Positions 51,531 to 64,000 of a stretch of DNA of 64,000 nt are shown piece by piece (position 1 is the stretch's first letter; every line of letters starts with the position of its first letter). Below the pieces are notes generated by a model. That model did not search any database. It was given only the letters and a program-made list of their open reading frames with translations, and was not told where the DNA came from. The position numbers and the translations under genes are program-made. Origin of the DNA: Lama glama (lineage: Eukaryota); contig CM052817.1 in NCBI GenBank assembly GCA_028534125.1, positions 59,708,001-59,772,000 of the forward strand. Reading direction: 5' to 3'.

Positions 51531-53197
51531 TACCATTCTGTACATACATACATGTGTGTTTGCGTGTGTATCTTTGCAGGTATGAGGTTGTGCAGCATAA
51601 TATGAATCAATAGAATAGGAAGAGGAAGACATGATGGAGAAACAGAATGGTAGTGGGACAGAGAACTTATCTGAAAAGAGGATATGAAGAAGGATCAAGA
51701 TAAACAGTGGAGGGAAAGCCCAAGTTATCAACATAAAATATAAGAATAAAATAAAGAATAAAGAATGGGAATATGCAAATGAAGGCTTAGATAATGATTC
51801 GATATTAGTGAGAATAAGGAAGAAGCAAAAATACAGTAACTGAAAACAAAAAAGAGGAGAGAGAACACTCTTGCAAAAAATGAAACAAAACCCAAAAATA
51901 CAAGCACAAAAATACATAGTGAATTAAAAAATACTTTGAAAAGGTAGAGTGACTGGTCTTGAAACTGCCATCATCACACTAATGGTAATTACTTTTTCTG
52001 AATTTTTATTTCCTAAACCTCATTTTACTCAGCCTACATTATAATCAGCATAAATCTGAGTATTTCTGAATTTAGTAATCTAGAACATTAAACATATTTA
52101 TTTGTGATCGAGAGTTAATTATATAGGGAAATATTTGTCCTGTATAAGTTTTGGTTTCATTTCAGCTCTATGTTTTAAAACTTTCTTTAATTGAACAGTT
52201 ATTATAGTTTTATTCACATAATCCCTGGAAGCAGACTGGCTGGGTGAAATTCTCCCTTTTTATGAAATTTGTGATTAGTTCCTACAAATAACACACTGTT
52301 TAAATTTAAAGAATTTAATAAAACAAACATGATACTGCTCCTGTTTCATAATATTATTTTGTGTCAAAAGGAGGAAAGTTTTTATTAATTTTCCCCATGG
52401 AGATTCTTTGGAAATTTAGACATAGATCTCCTATTTCCTTCTACATATATCATTTAATAGTAATAGTGGCAGGCTAGGTGCCATGGATTAGCCACATTTT
52501 GGAACAGTGTTATATAATCTGAAGCCAGAAATTCAGTAGTATTTAAGTGTTTAGTTTTATAGAAGACATCTACCACTTAATAATTAATGTATACTAACCA
52601 AGTTCTTATGCTATTTGTTGAGACAGAACAATTGAATTCATAATACCTGAATTCATAATTAGAGATATACCTAAACCCAAAACTAGACAAAATTATCTGA
52701 AAAATATTGTCTTTCATATATAATGGTCCATTCGGGGAAAAAAAAACTATTGGCCAACTGAATATAAGCATGTATCAGAATAAAAATACTTGTATATTCG
52801 TCCTAATGGAATTTTTATGTTACAATCTGGTGATTTGATGGAATACCTTCCTGATTAGATATATTTCTACAGTTAGTGATGGTCATTCTGAATAAGATCA
52901 ATTTTAGTTTATCTGCTTGAGTCACCATGTTTTCAAAACTTAGGAAGCTAAGTTACAAAAGGTGATTTGGTTTGTCCACAGTAACTCAGTGAGCCATTCG
53001 AAGTACCGCTGATTTATTTTATAGTATCTGCTATCTTTTATTTAGCACCTCAGTGCCTAATTATTCAACTTTAATTTTTGTTTCGATGAAGAACACCAGA
53101 ACATTATTTGTATTTGTAGTAATATAGATAACCACCTACAGTTTCACATTTTTTCATAACATGTTATGATTTCTCAATTATTTTCATTCAGTGTTAT

Positions 53198-53233
53198 CTA
53201 TACTTGACCTTAGCCAAAAAGTGAAGAAGTGGT
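53198..53233 (-). pseudogene. RNU2: U2 snRNA 5' fragment retrocopy, about 36 nt
   Basis: ctatacttgaccttagccaaaaagtgaagaagtggt versus the reverse complement of the U2 5' end, ctacacttgatcttagccaaaaggccgagaagcgat (28/36 by eye). Degenerate flanking direct repeat. Confidence 0.75.
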
Positions 53234-54464
53234 TATTTTCACTGATATTATTTGAGAGTTGCTCTGATGGTTATTAAGGCACCATACTTTTACCAAATAA
53301 TCTACTGATCAGTATAGGGTTGTTGCTTAATTCCAAGAATTAGTATTATACGTTATATATAAATTCTGGAAAACTTTTTTCCCAGAGGCCAAACTTCTAA
53401 TCTTGTCTTAGATACTGTGGTGTGGCTAGTTTAGGTTCTGTAGTTCACTGGTTACAATGTGCATGAAGCTCCCTACTGATATTTTAACTTAGAGGAATAT
53501 AAGTTCTTTGACCCAAGGCTGATAAACAACCTCTCATAAGAATGAAAATAGTTATAGATAAAGCCTGATTAAACATAAACTTCTGAGTCTCTGCACTGAA
53601 TAATAGGTTTTTTATTCTTAAAATTTACTCAGTTTCTCTAAGTCCAACTTGGAAGAATTATTACTGTTTTCTGTAATTATATGTACTCTCAATAAACATT
53701 TATTTTGACTTGATATAATTACCATTTGCAATCCTTAACTGAAATACATTTGTTTATGGAAATCAGTGTACATTTTTCCACATAATTTCCTTTTGCTAGC
53801 TATATTATTTTATAAAATTTAGTTTCCTCTTAAAGAATGATTTTGCTGTTTTGCATTTCTCTGATATTACTTTTAGATTTCCAATAGTTTACTTTTCAGT
53901 TGTTTATTCTTAGTGTTAAGTGATAATGGAAAGAAATCTATACTTCATTCTATCAGTGATATATTTGGACAGAATTAACAAAGTCACTAACATATATTTA
54001 TATTACAAAGTGATTTCAAATTTTAAATCAAATGAACATGGCCAATGGTAATATTGTATTTAAAATATAGTGTTTATTATAATTATTCAAAAATTAGCTT
54101 GAGAGATACATTGGGAAGAAATGCTGGTATATAATAACATAATAGTTTACAGCTCTTCAAAAGGTCTTCAAATACATTGACTGTTGACTTGGCAAAAGCC
54201 TACATTGCTTAATAGCTGTTATTTTAATCTTTTCACTAATCTGGAAAGAAAAAATTAGCTGAAATGATTTGTGCAGGAAATGATGTTAACTAGGCAGAAC
54301 CAATGCTCAGACCAGGATTTCAAACTCAAAAATTTCATTCTTGCCAATAACAGTCTGTCTTGCTCCTGATATTTATTCAGTGTAGTTTTCATGAGACTAG
54401 AAGTATATGTTACAGATAGAACAGCATAGTATCTACAAGATATGGGATATAGTTGTGTTAAGCT

Positions 54465-54660
54465 AGTTACACTTACTGAGTATATATTATGTGCCATGTT
54501 TTAAATATATTATTTCCATTCTATGCAACGCTCTGAACACTTGAACTTTGGTAGAATTATTCCCATTTTACAGGTAAGAACACTGAAGTTTTGTAACCAA
54601 TAAACATTAGTTATTATTTTTAAGTTGAAGTCTGGATCTGAAAGTCAGACTCTTTCTGCT
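54465..54660 (-). mobile_element. MIR SINE
   Basis: 'cacttactgagtatatattatgtgcca...gtagaattattcccattttacaggtaagaacactgaag'. Confidence 0.7.
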
Positions 54661-56334
54661 TTTTTTTAAATATTTGTACTTATGAAAAACTGTATTTTAC
54701 AAAATTTACATATACTTGGTATCACAGAAACCATACTTTTTGAAATATGTAATAAACTGTTAGGTTTCTTAAACATATGCAGTTTATGAGATAAAAGAAT
54801 TAGATAGTATCAACATTTTGGTTTCACTTATTAAAGCCAAACTAATTTTAAAAACAATTTCTTAAGTGGCTTGACATATTGTCTGAAATGTTTAGGCTAA
54901 CTATTGGTGAAGTATTCCAGGAACATTTACATTTTAATTTGGCATTATTTTATCCAAGAGGACAAAGACATTTACTTCCATAGTAAGGTATTATTTTTTT
55001 TTGGTAATGGAGAAATAGAAGTAAAGTGCTAAAGGAATAATAAAGAGCTTGTACTATATTATGTTTTTAAGAAAAATGAGGCCCAGAGTGTCTTGCATGT
55101 CATATTTGCCAAAGATATTTGATAAAGATATTTGATAAATATTTATTGATTTGTATGTGTGTCAATATCTGTGCCAACTGCTTTTATATACATGTCTTAA
55201 TGATTTTATTTAATTAATAATGTGCCTTGCATTATCATTTGCAGCCAGTAATTCTGAAGGTTCTACTGTTGCAAAGACAACTTCATGTACCATATACAGT
55301 GGCTTAACCTCAGGGGTTATAACTTAATTATGGAGATAAGATCTATACATAAAACAATAGAGATAGCATGAAATGCCAAAATAAGAGTATGAACTGTCAC
55401 TATTATGGATATGTATATTAAGAAATTAGCTGTCATGAAATGATTGTGACCCATTATTGTAAATTATCATCTGGCAGAAGCCAAAATCTAAAAGATAGTT
55501 CTGCTGAGCAGAAAAAGTAAGAAAATGTCCAGCACATCACATCCTACTTGTGGATGAATTCTAAATAATGAACTCAGATGCACTAGTGTTGACCTATTAA
55601 CAATGTAAATAAATGATTTTATTCTTTAATTTGTTTCCCTAAAGCATGGGCAAACCATTCACTAACAGTAAACTATTGCTTATTTTTATAGTTATTTGAA
55701 ATATGATAAAATCAAGCATAAATGTATTAGAATGAATCATATGGTAAAATAAAGGTTGAAAAGTAAATCACTTCTTATTTCTTAGAATGCAAGTAGTTTA
55801 AAACCAACATGAGGTATAATTATGAAAAATATAATCCCATTGAAATAACTATGTAAAACATAAAATTCAGAAAAATGTAATAATTATCATAGATAACTTG
55901 AGAAGGATCATTTATTTTATAAATACTTTCTGTAAATTACTGTTGGCTCTTATAAGGTAAAATATTGTTAAAAATTTTTATGTCTCATCAAAGTGATAAG
56001 TTCTTAGTAACAGCTCTCTTATCAGCTATACTGAAAGGAAGGACAAAAGAGATAACTAAAAGGACAATTAAAATTTGTGTGTGTATGTGTGTGTGTGCAT
56101 TTATCCATCTTCAGATTCTCCATACTGGAGAAATAATGGATGAGCTTAGGCTGTTAGCAAGCCTAGCATTGACTTCAGTCAGAAATCATTGAATGTTATA
56201 GTTAGAAGGAATCTCTAGTTTTTTATATTTACTATATAAAAACTGAAAATCAAGAATATGGAACAATAAGTTATTTATATCATCTGTATGGGCTAAACTA
56301 GATATGAAAGAAAGTGCTCTCCAACATAGGATAA

Positions 56335-57405
56335 ATTTCTTATATTCACAAGATTGTGCAATCATCACTGCTATCTAATTTTAGAACATTTTTACAACTC
56401 CAAAAAAAAAATCCATACCCATTAGCAGTTACTTCCCATTCACCCCTCCCTCCAGTCTCTAGTAATGACGAATTTACTTTTTGTCTACATAGATTTGCTT
56501 TTTCTAGACATTTCACATGAATATAATCATGAAATATATGGCCTTTTGTGACTGGTTTCTTTCATTTAGTAAAATGTTTTCAAGATTTATCCACATTGTT
56601 GTGTTACTTTTTCATTGCCAAATAATATTCCATCATAAGGACATAGCAATTGTATGGATCCATTCATCAACCGATAGGCATTTAGGTTGTTTTCTCCCCT
56701 TTGGGAAATTATGAATAATGCTGCTGTAAACATTTGTGTGCAATTTTTTGTGTAAATTTATGTTTTCAGTTTTCTTGAATTATACATAAGAGCTGTATCA
56801 TTCTGTATTGTGAAAACACTATGCTTAACATTTTGAGGAAGTGCCAAACTGTTTTCCAAAATGGATGGACCATTTTTATATTCCCACCAGCAATGTGTAG
56901 AAGTTCCAGCTTCTTCAAATCCTCACCAACACTTGTCGTTGCCTGCTTGCTTTTTTTTTTTTCCAGTATTATCCATCTTTGTGTGTGTGGTAACTGACAT
57001 CTCGTTGATGTTTTGATTTGCCTTTCCCTAAAGACTCATGGTGTTGAGAATCTTTTCATGTACTCATTGGCCACTTGTGTATCTTCCTTGGAGAAATATA
57101 TATTGAAACTTTTTGCCCATTTTAATTGGATTATTTGACTTTTTATTGTTAAGTTTTAAGAGTTCTTTATATATTCTCAGTACGAGTCCCTAATCACATA
57201 TATGATTTGCAAAAATAATCTCACATTTTGTAGGTTGTCTTTCACTTTCTTGCTAGTGTCCTTAGATACAAAGAAGTTTAAAAGTTGTATGAAGTACAAT
57301 TTAATTCTTTTTACTTTTGTTGCTGTGTTTCTGTTGTCATATCTAAGAAACCAGATGTCTAATCTAAGGTCACAAAGACTGACTCTTGTGTTTTATTCTA
57401 GGAGT
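56335..57405 (-). mobile_element. L1MB-type 3' end
   Basis: 'tatattcacaagattgtgcaatcatcactgctatctaattttagaacattt', 'ttcccaccagcaatgtg', 'ctaatctaaggtcacaaaga'. Confidence 0.88.
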
Positions 57406-57794
57406 TCATTTATGTTTTTAACAATTCTTTCCCCAAAGGAGTTGATTATTGCAATTTAATAATAGGTTAAAAAATAAGTAAATGAGCAAGCAAACAAAGA
57501 AATATACTAGTAAGGATATATTACTTGTAGTTAATATAGTAATTTTGCCTTCATTCATGCAACAAATATTTTTTGGATACATGCAATGAAACCAGTATGG
57601 TATTAGGAGCTGGGCATTTCTAAATAATGACATTTAATTTTACAACCAATTATTTGTGGTAGATATTTTATATAATTTTTTCCCAAAAGGAAACATAGGG
57701 TTAAATAACTTTCCCTAAGTCACTGTGTTGATAAGGAGTAGGTCTAGAGTTCAAAAAGGCAGTCTGATTCTAGAGCCCACTTGTAAACAAGCCA

Positions 57795-58310
57795 GGTAAC
57801 ATAGTGGTTAAGAACACAAATGATTGTTTACTGTGTCTGAGGGAAAGGGGGTGGGAAGGGATAAATTTGGGTGTTTGAGATTTGCAAATGTTAACCACTA
57901 TGTATAAAAATTGATAAAAACAAATTTCTTCTGTATAGCACAGGGATCTATATTCAGTATCTTGTAATAACCTTTAATGAAGAAGAGTATTAAAATGAAT
58001 ATACATATGTAAATACATGACCAGGACATTATACTGTACACCAGAAACTGACATATTGTAACTGACTATATTCCAATTAAAAAAAAAAAAAACACAAATG
58101 ACAGTGCTAGGGAATTGCCTAGGTTTAAAGAGTGGCCCCCAAACTTCCCAGCAATTGGACTTTGGGTTAGTTAATTAAGTTCATTCTATTCTTCCTTTGC
58201 AAAGTACAAATAATGATAATAGGGCTGTTATGAGAATTAAATGAGTTAATGTGTTTAAGTACTTAAAACTGTGTCTGGTACATTTTTAATGACTACAAAA
58301 TGTCAGTTCT
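57795..58310 (+). mobile_element. MIR SINE split by a young L1
   Basis: 'catagtggttaagaacac' ... 'tagggctgttatgagaattaaatgagttaatgtgtttaagtacttaaaactgtgtctggtaca'. Confidence 0.8.
57824..58090 (+). mobile_element. Young 5'-truncated L1 with poly-A, TSD and 5' micro-inversion
   Basis: TSD aacacaaatga at 57813-57823 and 58091-58101. Body homologous to 33898-34139. Confidence 0.92.
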
Positions 58311-59518
58311 GTTTATTTATACAATTAATTATAAATGATCACTGTTCTCATGGAACTGATGTTTCCATTAGAGAAGACAGGCATTGAACTAATAACCATA
58401 TATATAATTACATAATTATAAATTTTGGTAAGTGTTATATGTAGAAAAGGAAAACAGTAAAATTTTAAAAAAACTTATAAAAGGTATTAAGTAATTCAGT
58501 ATACTCAAGTAGTTCTTTCTCTACTCCGTGCTATTGAGGACAAGGTCTTTTTAACTTGGTGTCTCAGATGTCTGTACAATAGTTCATATTCTAGTATGTG
58601 TAGAATTTCAGCATAGCAATATATAAGGAGAAGCATTTTGATTAGGATAAAAATGTCCCTGACTCTCAACTAAAAAGTAAGTCATAGCTTATATTCAGAT
58701 ATACAGAAAGTATTTCAGCATATGAAAATGTTTCATGAGGTTATATTTCCACTAAATTTGGTAGAGCACTTTCAGTCCTTTTTAGAAATGGAAGGAGATA
58801 TAAATTATACATTGTATAAAAATAATAAGTTAAATAATTTCAAAATAATAAAGACTCATTTTTTCCTGTAAATTTCAGGTCTTTTGTCTTAGAAGTGCTC
58901 AAAAGTCAAAGTTAAACAAGTCACCATCATTGTTGTGTTACTAACACCCAGTGATGTAAGCATAATAATTAGATTTTTAAAAATGTGCACAAGAATCCTG
59001 GCCTTGAGACAGAAGAAAGGAGAACATTATATACAAATGATGGGAATATTTTGCCTTGGGAAGAACTTTCTTTCCTCAAAAGTAAGAGGGTTGTCTGGTC
59101 TCCTTTTTCCAACCAAATAGTCTTACATCTAAGCTTTCTGTTCAGGAAACAAATGAAGTCAATACTAATCTTTCATAATTAAGTAGCTTTTCATGTAAAT
59201 AAAGTAGTATAGATTAGCATCCACAAAGTTTCCATATCATATATAATGTATTGTTATTAAATCTGTATTTTCTTTAATTTTTTAAAAAGATAGCAGAACA
59301 ATTTTCTCCCTTTTCACAGCCAAGCACACACTGACCTGTTGTTAATCCTGGCATTAGAAGTTTGCTGGTTAGAAAAAGTGCTGGTAATTTGAAAAGAAAC
59401 ATAAATTAACAAGACCGAGAGCTTGGCAAAGCCATGGAATTCTTCATAATTCACCTGAGCAAGATTTCTTTACCTCCAGAAACATACCTAGAAGTTAACA
59501 AAAGAAGGGCATGGGAAA

Positions 59519-59543
59519 CGTGTGTGTGTGTGTGTGTGTGTGT
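59519..59543. repeat. (GT)n microsatellite
   Basis: About 12 GT units. Confidence 0.95.
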
Positions 59544-59859
59544 AGAAAGAGAATATTCAGTGAACATGACTAATGACTCCTTACGTGGATTGTATTTGCT
59601 TATATATACATAAAGCCTGAATAAGTTGCAGGCCAGTTGGGCAGTTACTCAGTACCACCCTACATATAAGAGTTGAACAATCACCCAACATATAAATAGA
59701 TGGATAATATTAAGAATTTCCTGCAATGAGGGTTGGATATTTCTCCAAATAAATTTTGAATTTTTCTTCTTTTTGTATCATTTAGCAGGCATTCTTCTCT
59801 TTCCCTGCCCCCTCCCAAATCCTTCCACCACTACACACAGCACTTGGGTGAAGAACAGT

Positions 59860-60540
59860 ATCACTGTCAGATGTGGGCAGTATACTGGCCAAGATTTGGC
59901 TAGGAAAAAAAGGACTTTGAGATTAACAGCCGGGGCTTAAGGCAGAGAAACACAGAAATTTACTTATCAAACTCTAAGGTTTACCTTCAGACGTGACCCC
60001 CTTTATGTTCTCTGATCCAGTATTCTAATGAGGTGGGAAAGTTGGATCTCTTTATGGGTCCATCACTCGGCCCCTCACTCTAATGTACTTTCTGTTATGC
60101 CTTATTAACTTAACCTTGAGGAACTAAGAGATGTTGGAAACAATACAAATGAAAGATCAGAAAAATTTGGCGGGATAGGGATAGGGACAAATCATTCATC
60201 AGTTCAATTTCTAAATTAAAGTTCTCCTGGGAAGCCTGCAGGACTGGGCAAGCCATTGCTTCTGCTGGGGGAAACAGAGGCTTTTTCTATGAAGGGGGTT
60301 AATTCTGGGTAGTTATAACTAGAACTGCACATTCTCTAAACTTGGGGAGCTGCTTGGAAGAGGGGGAAATCTAATGGCATCTGAATCCTCCCTACCCACT
60401 AGGATTTTCAAGTTAGGGAGTTTATACTGCTAAAACAGAAAAACGCCACACCCTTGGGATACAGCCTTTCAGGTGTGGGTTGGGGATTGTGTTCCTCGTT
60501 TATGACTATCTGTTTTTCTTTTTTCACCACTGTGAACATT
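59860..60540. mobile_element. Possible ancient LTR remnant (GC-richer block)
   Basis: Compositional shift and LTR-like G-rich motifs only; family not recognised. Confidence 0.25.
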
Positions 60541-60767
60541 TGTTTTCAGTAAGGAAATGTTCAATTTTCTTTATCTTTAAACTTGCTACATTGGCTTTGT
60601 GGCAAAACTGATGCAGAATACATTCATGTATTCTATTCTGTTAATAACCCTTTTTGGCATTATTTTAAACTTCTCTATAATATTCTATCCTGTTTATATA
60701 TTTTACATTCAAATATGTTATGTTTTCACCTTTTTGGTGCTTTATTTCTTATTCTTGCTTTAGATTT

Positions 60768-61403
60768 TTATTTTTTATTGAAGTATAGCTGATGTACAAT
60801 ATTATATGTTACAGGTATACGATAGAGTGATTCACAATTTTTAAAGGTGATACTCCATGTATAGTTATTATAAAATATAGGCTGTATTACCCATGTTGTA
60901 CAATGTATCCTTGTATCTTATCTTATACATAATAGCTTGTACCTCTTAATTCCTTACTCCTATATTGCCTCTCCCCTCCTTCCACCTCCCCACTGGTAAC
61001 CACTAGTTTGTTCTCTGTATCTGTGAATCTGCTTCTTTTTTTGATATAATTTCTAGTTTCTTTTGTTTTTTTAGATTCCATATATAAGTTATATCATATA
61101 CTATTTGTCTTTCTGTCTGAATTGTTTCACTTAGCATAATAACCTCCAAGTCCATCTATGTTGCTGTAAATGGCAAAATTTCATTCCTTTTAATGACTAA
61201 GTAGTATTCCATTGTATAAATATACCACAGCTTCTTTATCCATTCATCCTTTGATGGACACTGAGGTCTTCCATATCTTGGCAGTTGGGAATAATGGTGC
61301 TATGCATATGGGGGTGCATTTATCTTTTTGAATTAGTGTTTTAGTTTTTTTCAGATAGCCATACCCAAGAATGGAATTGCAGGATCATATGGTAGTTCTA
61401 TTA
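60768..61403 (-). mobile_element. Cetartiodactyl-type L1 3' end, within a T-rich old L1/HAL1-like region
   Basis: 'ttttattgaagtatagctgatgtacaatattatatgttacagg...tagattccatatataag...tggaattgcaggatcatatggtagttcta'. Confidence 0.9.
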
Positions 61404-61960
61404 TTCTTAATTCTCTGTCTCTTAAATGTGAAAATTTTCCAAGTTTAAATCTTCTGCATTTTAGTTTTTTATCTTAGTCTTGACAACTTTTGGGATTTTA
61501 GTATATCATAATTCCTTTTAGAGGATGTCTTTTGTCCCATTCTCCTCTAGTTTTTCTGTCAGTGTCTGTATCTTTTAGGGTTTTATGTCCCTTATTCCTA
61601 TCTAATTATTTCTTTTTAACCTTTATTTTGTCGTCTTTATGCCATTCCTTCACACTGTATTTCCTTATTTGATTTTTTTTCCCTCTTCAATTCTTCTTGT
61701 ATTTTTCTTTATTATATGGTTGTGGTTACTATGCCATAAAGGAAGTATGCAATAGGAGCAGTGCCATGGAGAGAGCAAGGGAGCCTTCTTTCCTCTAGTT
61801 GTCATAGAATTGCCTTTCCAGTTTCACTTAATATATTTCTCATTCTTTTAAGGAGGGCCCTCTAAGGAAGCTACACACACTCTCCAACAATACTAGAGAC
61901 CTGCAGATTAACTTTCAAGAATGCTATAGTATATTTTATGTCGGTAGCATATTTGATTTA

Positions 61961-64000
61961 TAGGCATACTTTGAGATATTGCTGGTTTGGTTCCAGACCA
62001 CCATAGTAAAGTGAATGTTGCAATAAAGCGAGTCACAAATTTTCTGGCTTGTCAATACATATGAAAGTTATGTCTACACTATACTGTAGTCTGTTAAGTG
62101 TGAAATAGCATTATGTCTAAGAAAGCAATGTTCACACCTTAATTGAAAAATACTTAATTGCTAAAAAATACTAAGCATCATCTGAGCCTTCAGTGAGTTA
62201 CAATTTTTTGCTGGTAGAGGCTCTTACCTAGATGTTGATCGCTGCTGACTGATCAGGGTGGAGGTTGCTAAAGGTTAGGGTGGCTGTGACAAGTTTTTAA
62301 AACATGGCAACAATGAGGTTTGCCTCATTGATTGACTTTTCCTTACAGGAGCCATCACCCTGTAGCATGCGCTGTTTGATAACATTTTACCCACAGTAGA
62401 ACTTATTTGGAAATTGGAGTTAATCGTCTTAAACATTGTCACTGCTTTATCAACTAAGTTTATGTAATATTCTAAGTCCTTTGTTGTTGTTTCAACAGTC
62501 TTCACAGTATCTTTATCAGAAATAGATTCCATCTTAAGAAACCACTTTCTTTCCTCCTCTATAAGAAGAAACTCCTCATCCGTTAAAGGTTTATCATAAG
62601 ATTGCAGCAATTCAGTCTCATCTTCAGGCTCCAAATTCTAGTTCTCTTGCTATTTCCACTGCATCTGCAGTTCCTTCCTCCACTGAAGTCTTGAACCCCT
62701 TAAAGTCATCCATGAAGATTGGGATCAGCTTCTTTCAAACTCCAAAAATATTGACATTTTGACCTTGAATCATGAATGTTCTTAATGGCACTTAGAATGG
62801 TGAATACTTTCCAGAAAGTTTTCAATTGACTTTGCCTAGATCCATCAGAGGAACCACTTTCTATGGCTGCTTTACTGTTATGAAATGTATTTCTTAAATA
62901 ACAAGACTTGAAATTTGAAATGACTTCTTGATCCATGGGCTGAAGAATGGATGTTGTGTTAGCAGGCCTGAAATCAGCATGAATATTGTTGCACATCTAC
63001 ATCAGAGCTCTTTGTTGACAGATGCATTCCAAATACCCTTTGTAAGAGGTATTTTTTTCTGAGCAGTAGGTCTTAACATGGGCTCAAAATATTCAGGAAA
63101 TCATGTTGTAACAAATGTGTTGTCATCCAGGCTTTGTTCTTTCATTTATGGAGCACAAGTTGAGTAGATTTAGCATAATTAGAGGCCCTAGGATTTTCAG
63201 AACAGAAAATGAGCATTGGCTTCAGCTTAAAGTCACCATTTGCATTAGTCCCTAGCAAGTCAAGTCAGCCTGTCCTTTGAAGCTTTGAAGTCAGGCATTG
63301 ACTTCTCCTTTCTAGCTATGAGATCCTAGATGGCACCTCCTTCCAACAGATGGCTGTTTTGTCTACACTGAATGTCTGTTGTTTAGTGTAGCCATCTTCA
63401 TAAATGATCTTAGCTAGATCTTCTGCGTAACTTGTTGTGGCTTCTACATCAGCATTGCTGCGTCACCTTGCCCTTCTATGTTATGGAGGTGGTCTTTCCT
63501 TAAACCTCATTAATCAATCTCAGCTAATCTCCAGCTTTTCTTCTGCAGCTTTCTCACTTCTCTTAGCCTTCATGGAATTGAAGAGATAGAGCCTTGTTCC
63601 GGGTTAGGCTTTGGTTTGAGGGAATGTTGTGGCTGGTTTGATCATGTATTCAGATGACTAAAACTTTCTCCATATCAACAGTAAGACTGTTTTGCTTTCT
63701 TATCACTTGTGTGTTTGCATGAGTAACACTCCTAATTCCAGTCAAGAACTTTTCCTTTGCATTCACAACTTGTCTAACCAGTGCAAGAGGCCTCGCTTTT
63801 GGCTTATCTCGGCTTCTGACCAGTACAGTACAAAAATACACTTAATCACTACTAGTTTTTGATTTGAATTGAGAGACTTGAAATGCTTCCTTTCACTTGA
63901 ATGCTTAGGTGTCATTGTAGGCTTCTTGGTTGTCCTAAGTTCAGTGTCATTGTGTCTGAAGGAATAAGGAGACCTAAGGAGAGAGAGCGAGACAGGGAAA
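61961..64000 (-). mobile_element. Tigger1 DNA transposon (pogo-like), decayed transposase, runs past the window end
   Basis: TA then TIR 'taggcatactttgagatattgc'. Minus-strand ORF pieces 63650-63841 (QVVNAKEKFL), 62706-62996 (PANTTSILQPMDQEVISNFK) and 62275-62634 (TTKDLEYYINLVDKAV). Confidence 0.95.

Noticed and set aside
51519..51917. 132-aa hydrophobic ORF resembling a membrane protein
   Set aside because: It is the antisense reading of an A/G-rich low-complexity tract, so the F/L/I bias is compositional.
55111..55139. Short 10-13 bp tandem duplications (also 15710-15732 and 27097-27118)
   Set aside because: Ordinary slippage events.
58879..59080. Possible exons 58879-58955 and about 58994-59080
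   Set aside because: The first has stops in all frames. The second lacks a pyrimidine tract and its peptide is unrecognised.
62275..63841. TIGD1-like protein-coding gene
   Set aside because: Fragmented by stops and frameshifts and inside a TIR-bounded Tigger1.
1..64000. A novel multi-gene biological system
   Set aside because: No intact gene, CpG island or foreign-looking segment was found. The recognisable ORFs are TE remnants and the rest look like chance or low-complexity ORFs.

Overview
AT-rich, CpG-depleted mammalian genomic DNA with no CpG island and no protein-coding exon I can recognise. A tRNA-derived SINE resembling the camelid Vic-1 family and a set of young L1 3' ends suggest a camelid genome. 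This is pattern recognition, not a database result. The window is mostly intronic or intergenic sequence filled with transposon remnants: old and young L1/HAL1 pieces, L2, L3/CR1, MIR, MaLR and ERV solo LTRs, two MER44/Tigger7-type MITEs, and about 2 kb of a Tigger1 running off the right edge. There is a 500-N assembly gap at 34871-35370. The long ORFs in the track are TE remnants, low-complexity sequence or gap artefacts. I found no new multi-gene system. The most interesting signals are small: a 64-nt near-perfect hairpin, a duplicated RFX X-box module in a TE-poor stretch, four structurally unusual L1 insertions, a U2 snRNA 5' fragment retrocopy, two perfect tandem micro-duplications, and weak candidate exons. 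A minus-strand bias among L1s suggests an intron of a plus-strand transcript. Repeat subfamily names are from memory of consensus sequences and need RepeatMasker/Dfam confirmation. Boundaries of old repeats are approximate.
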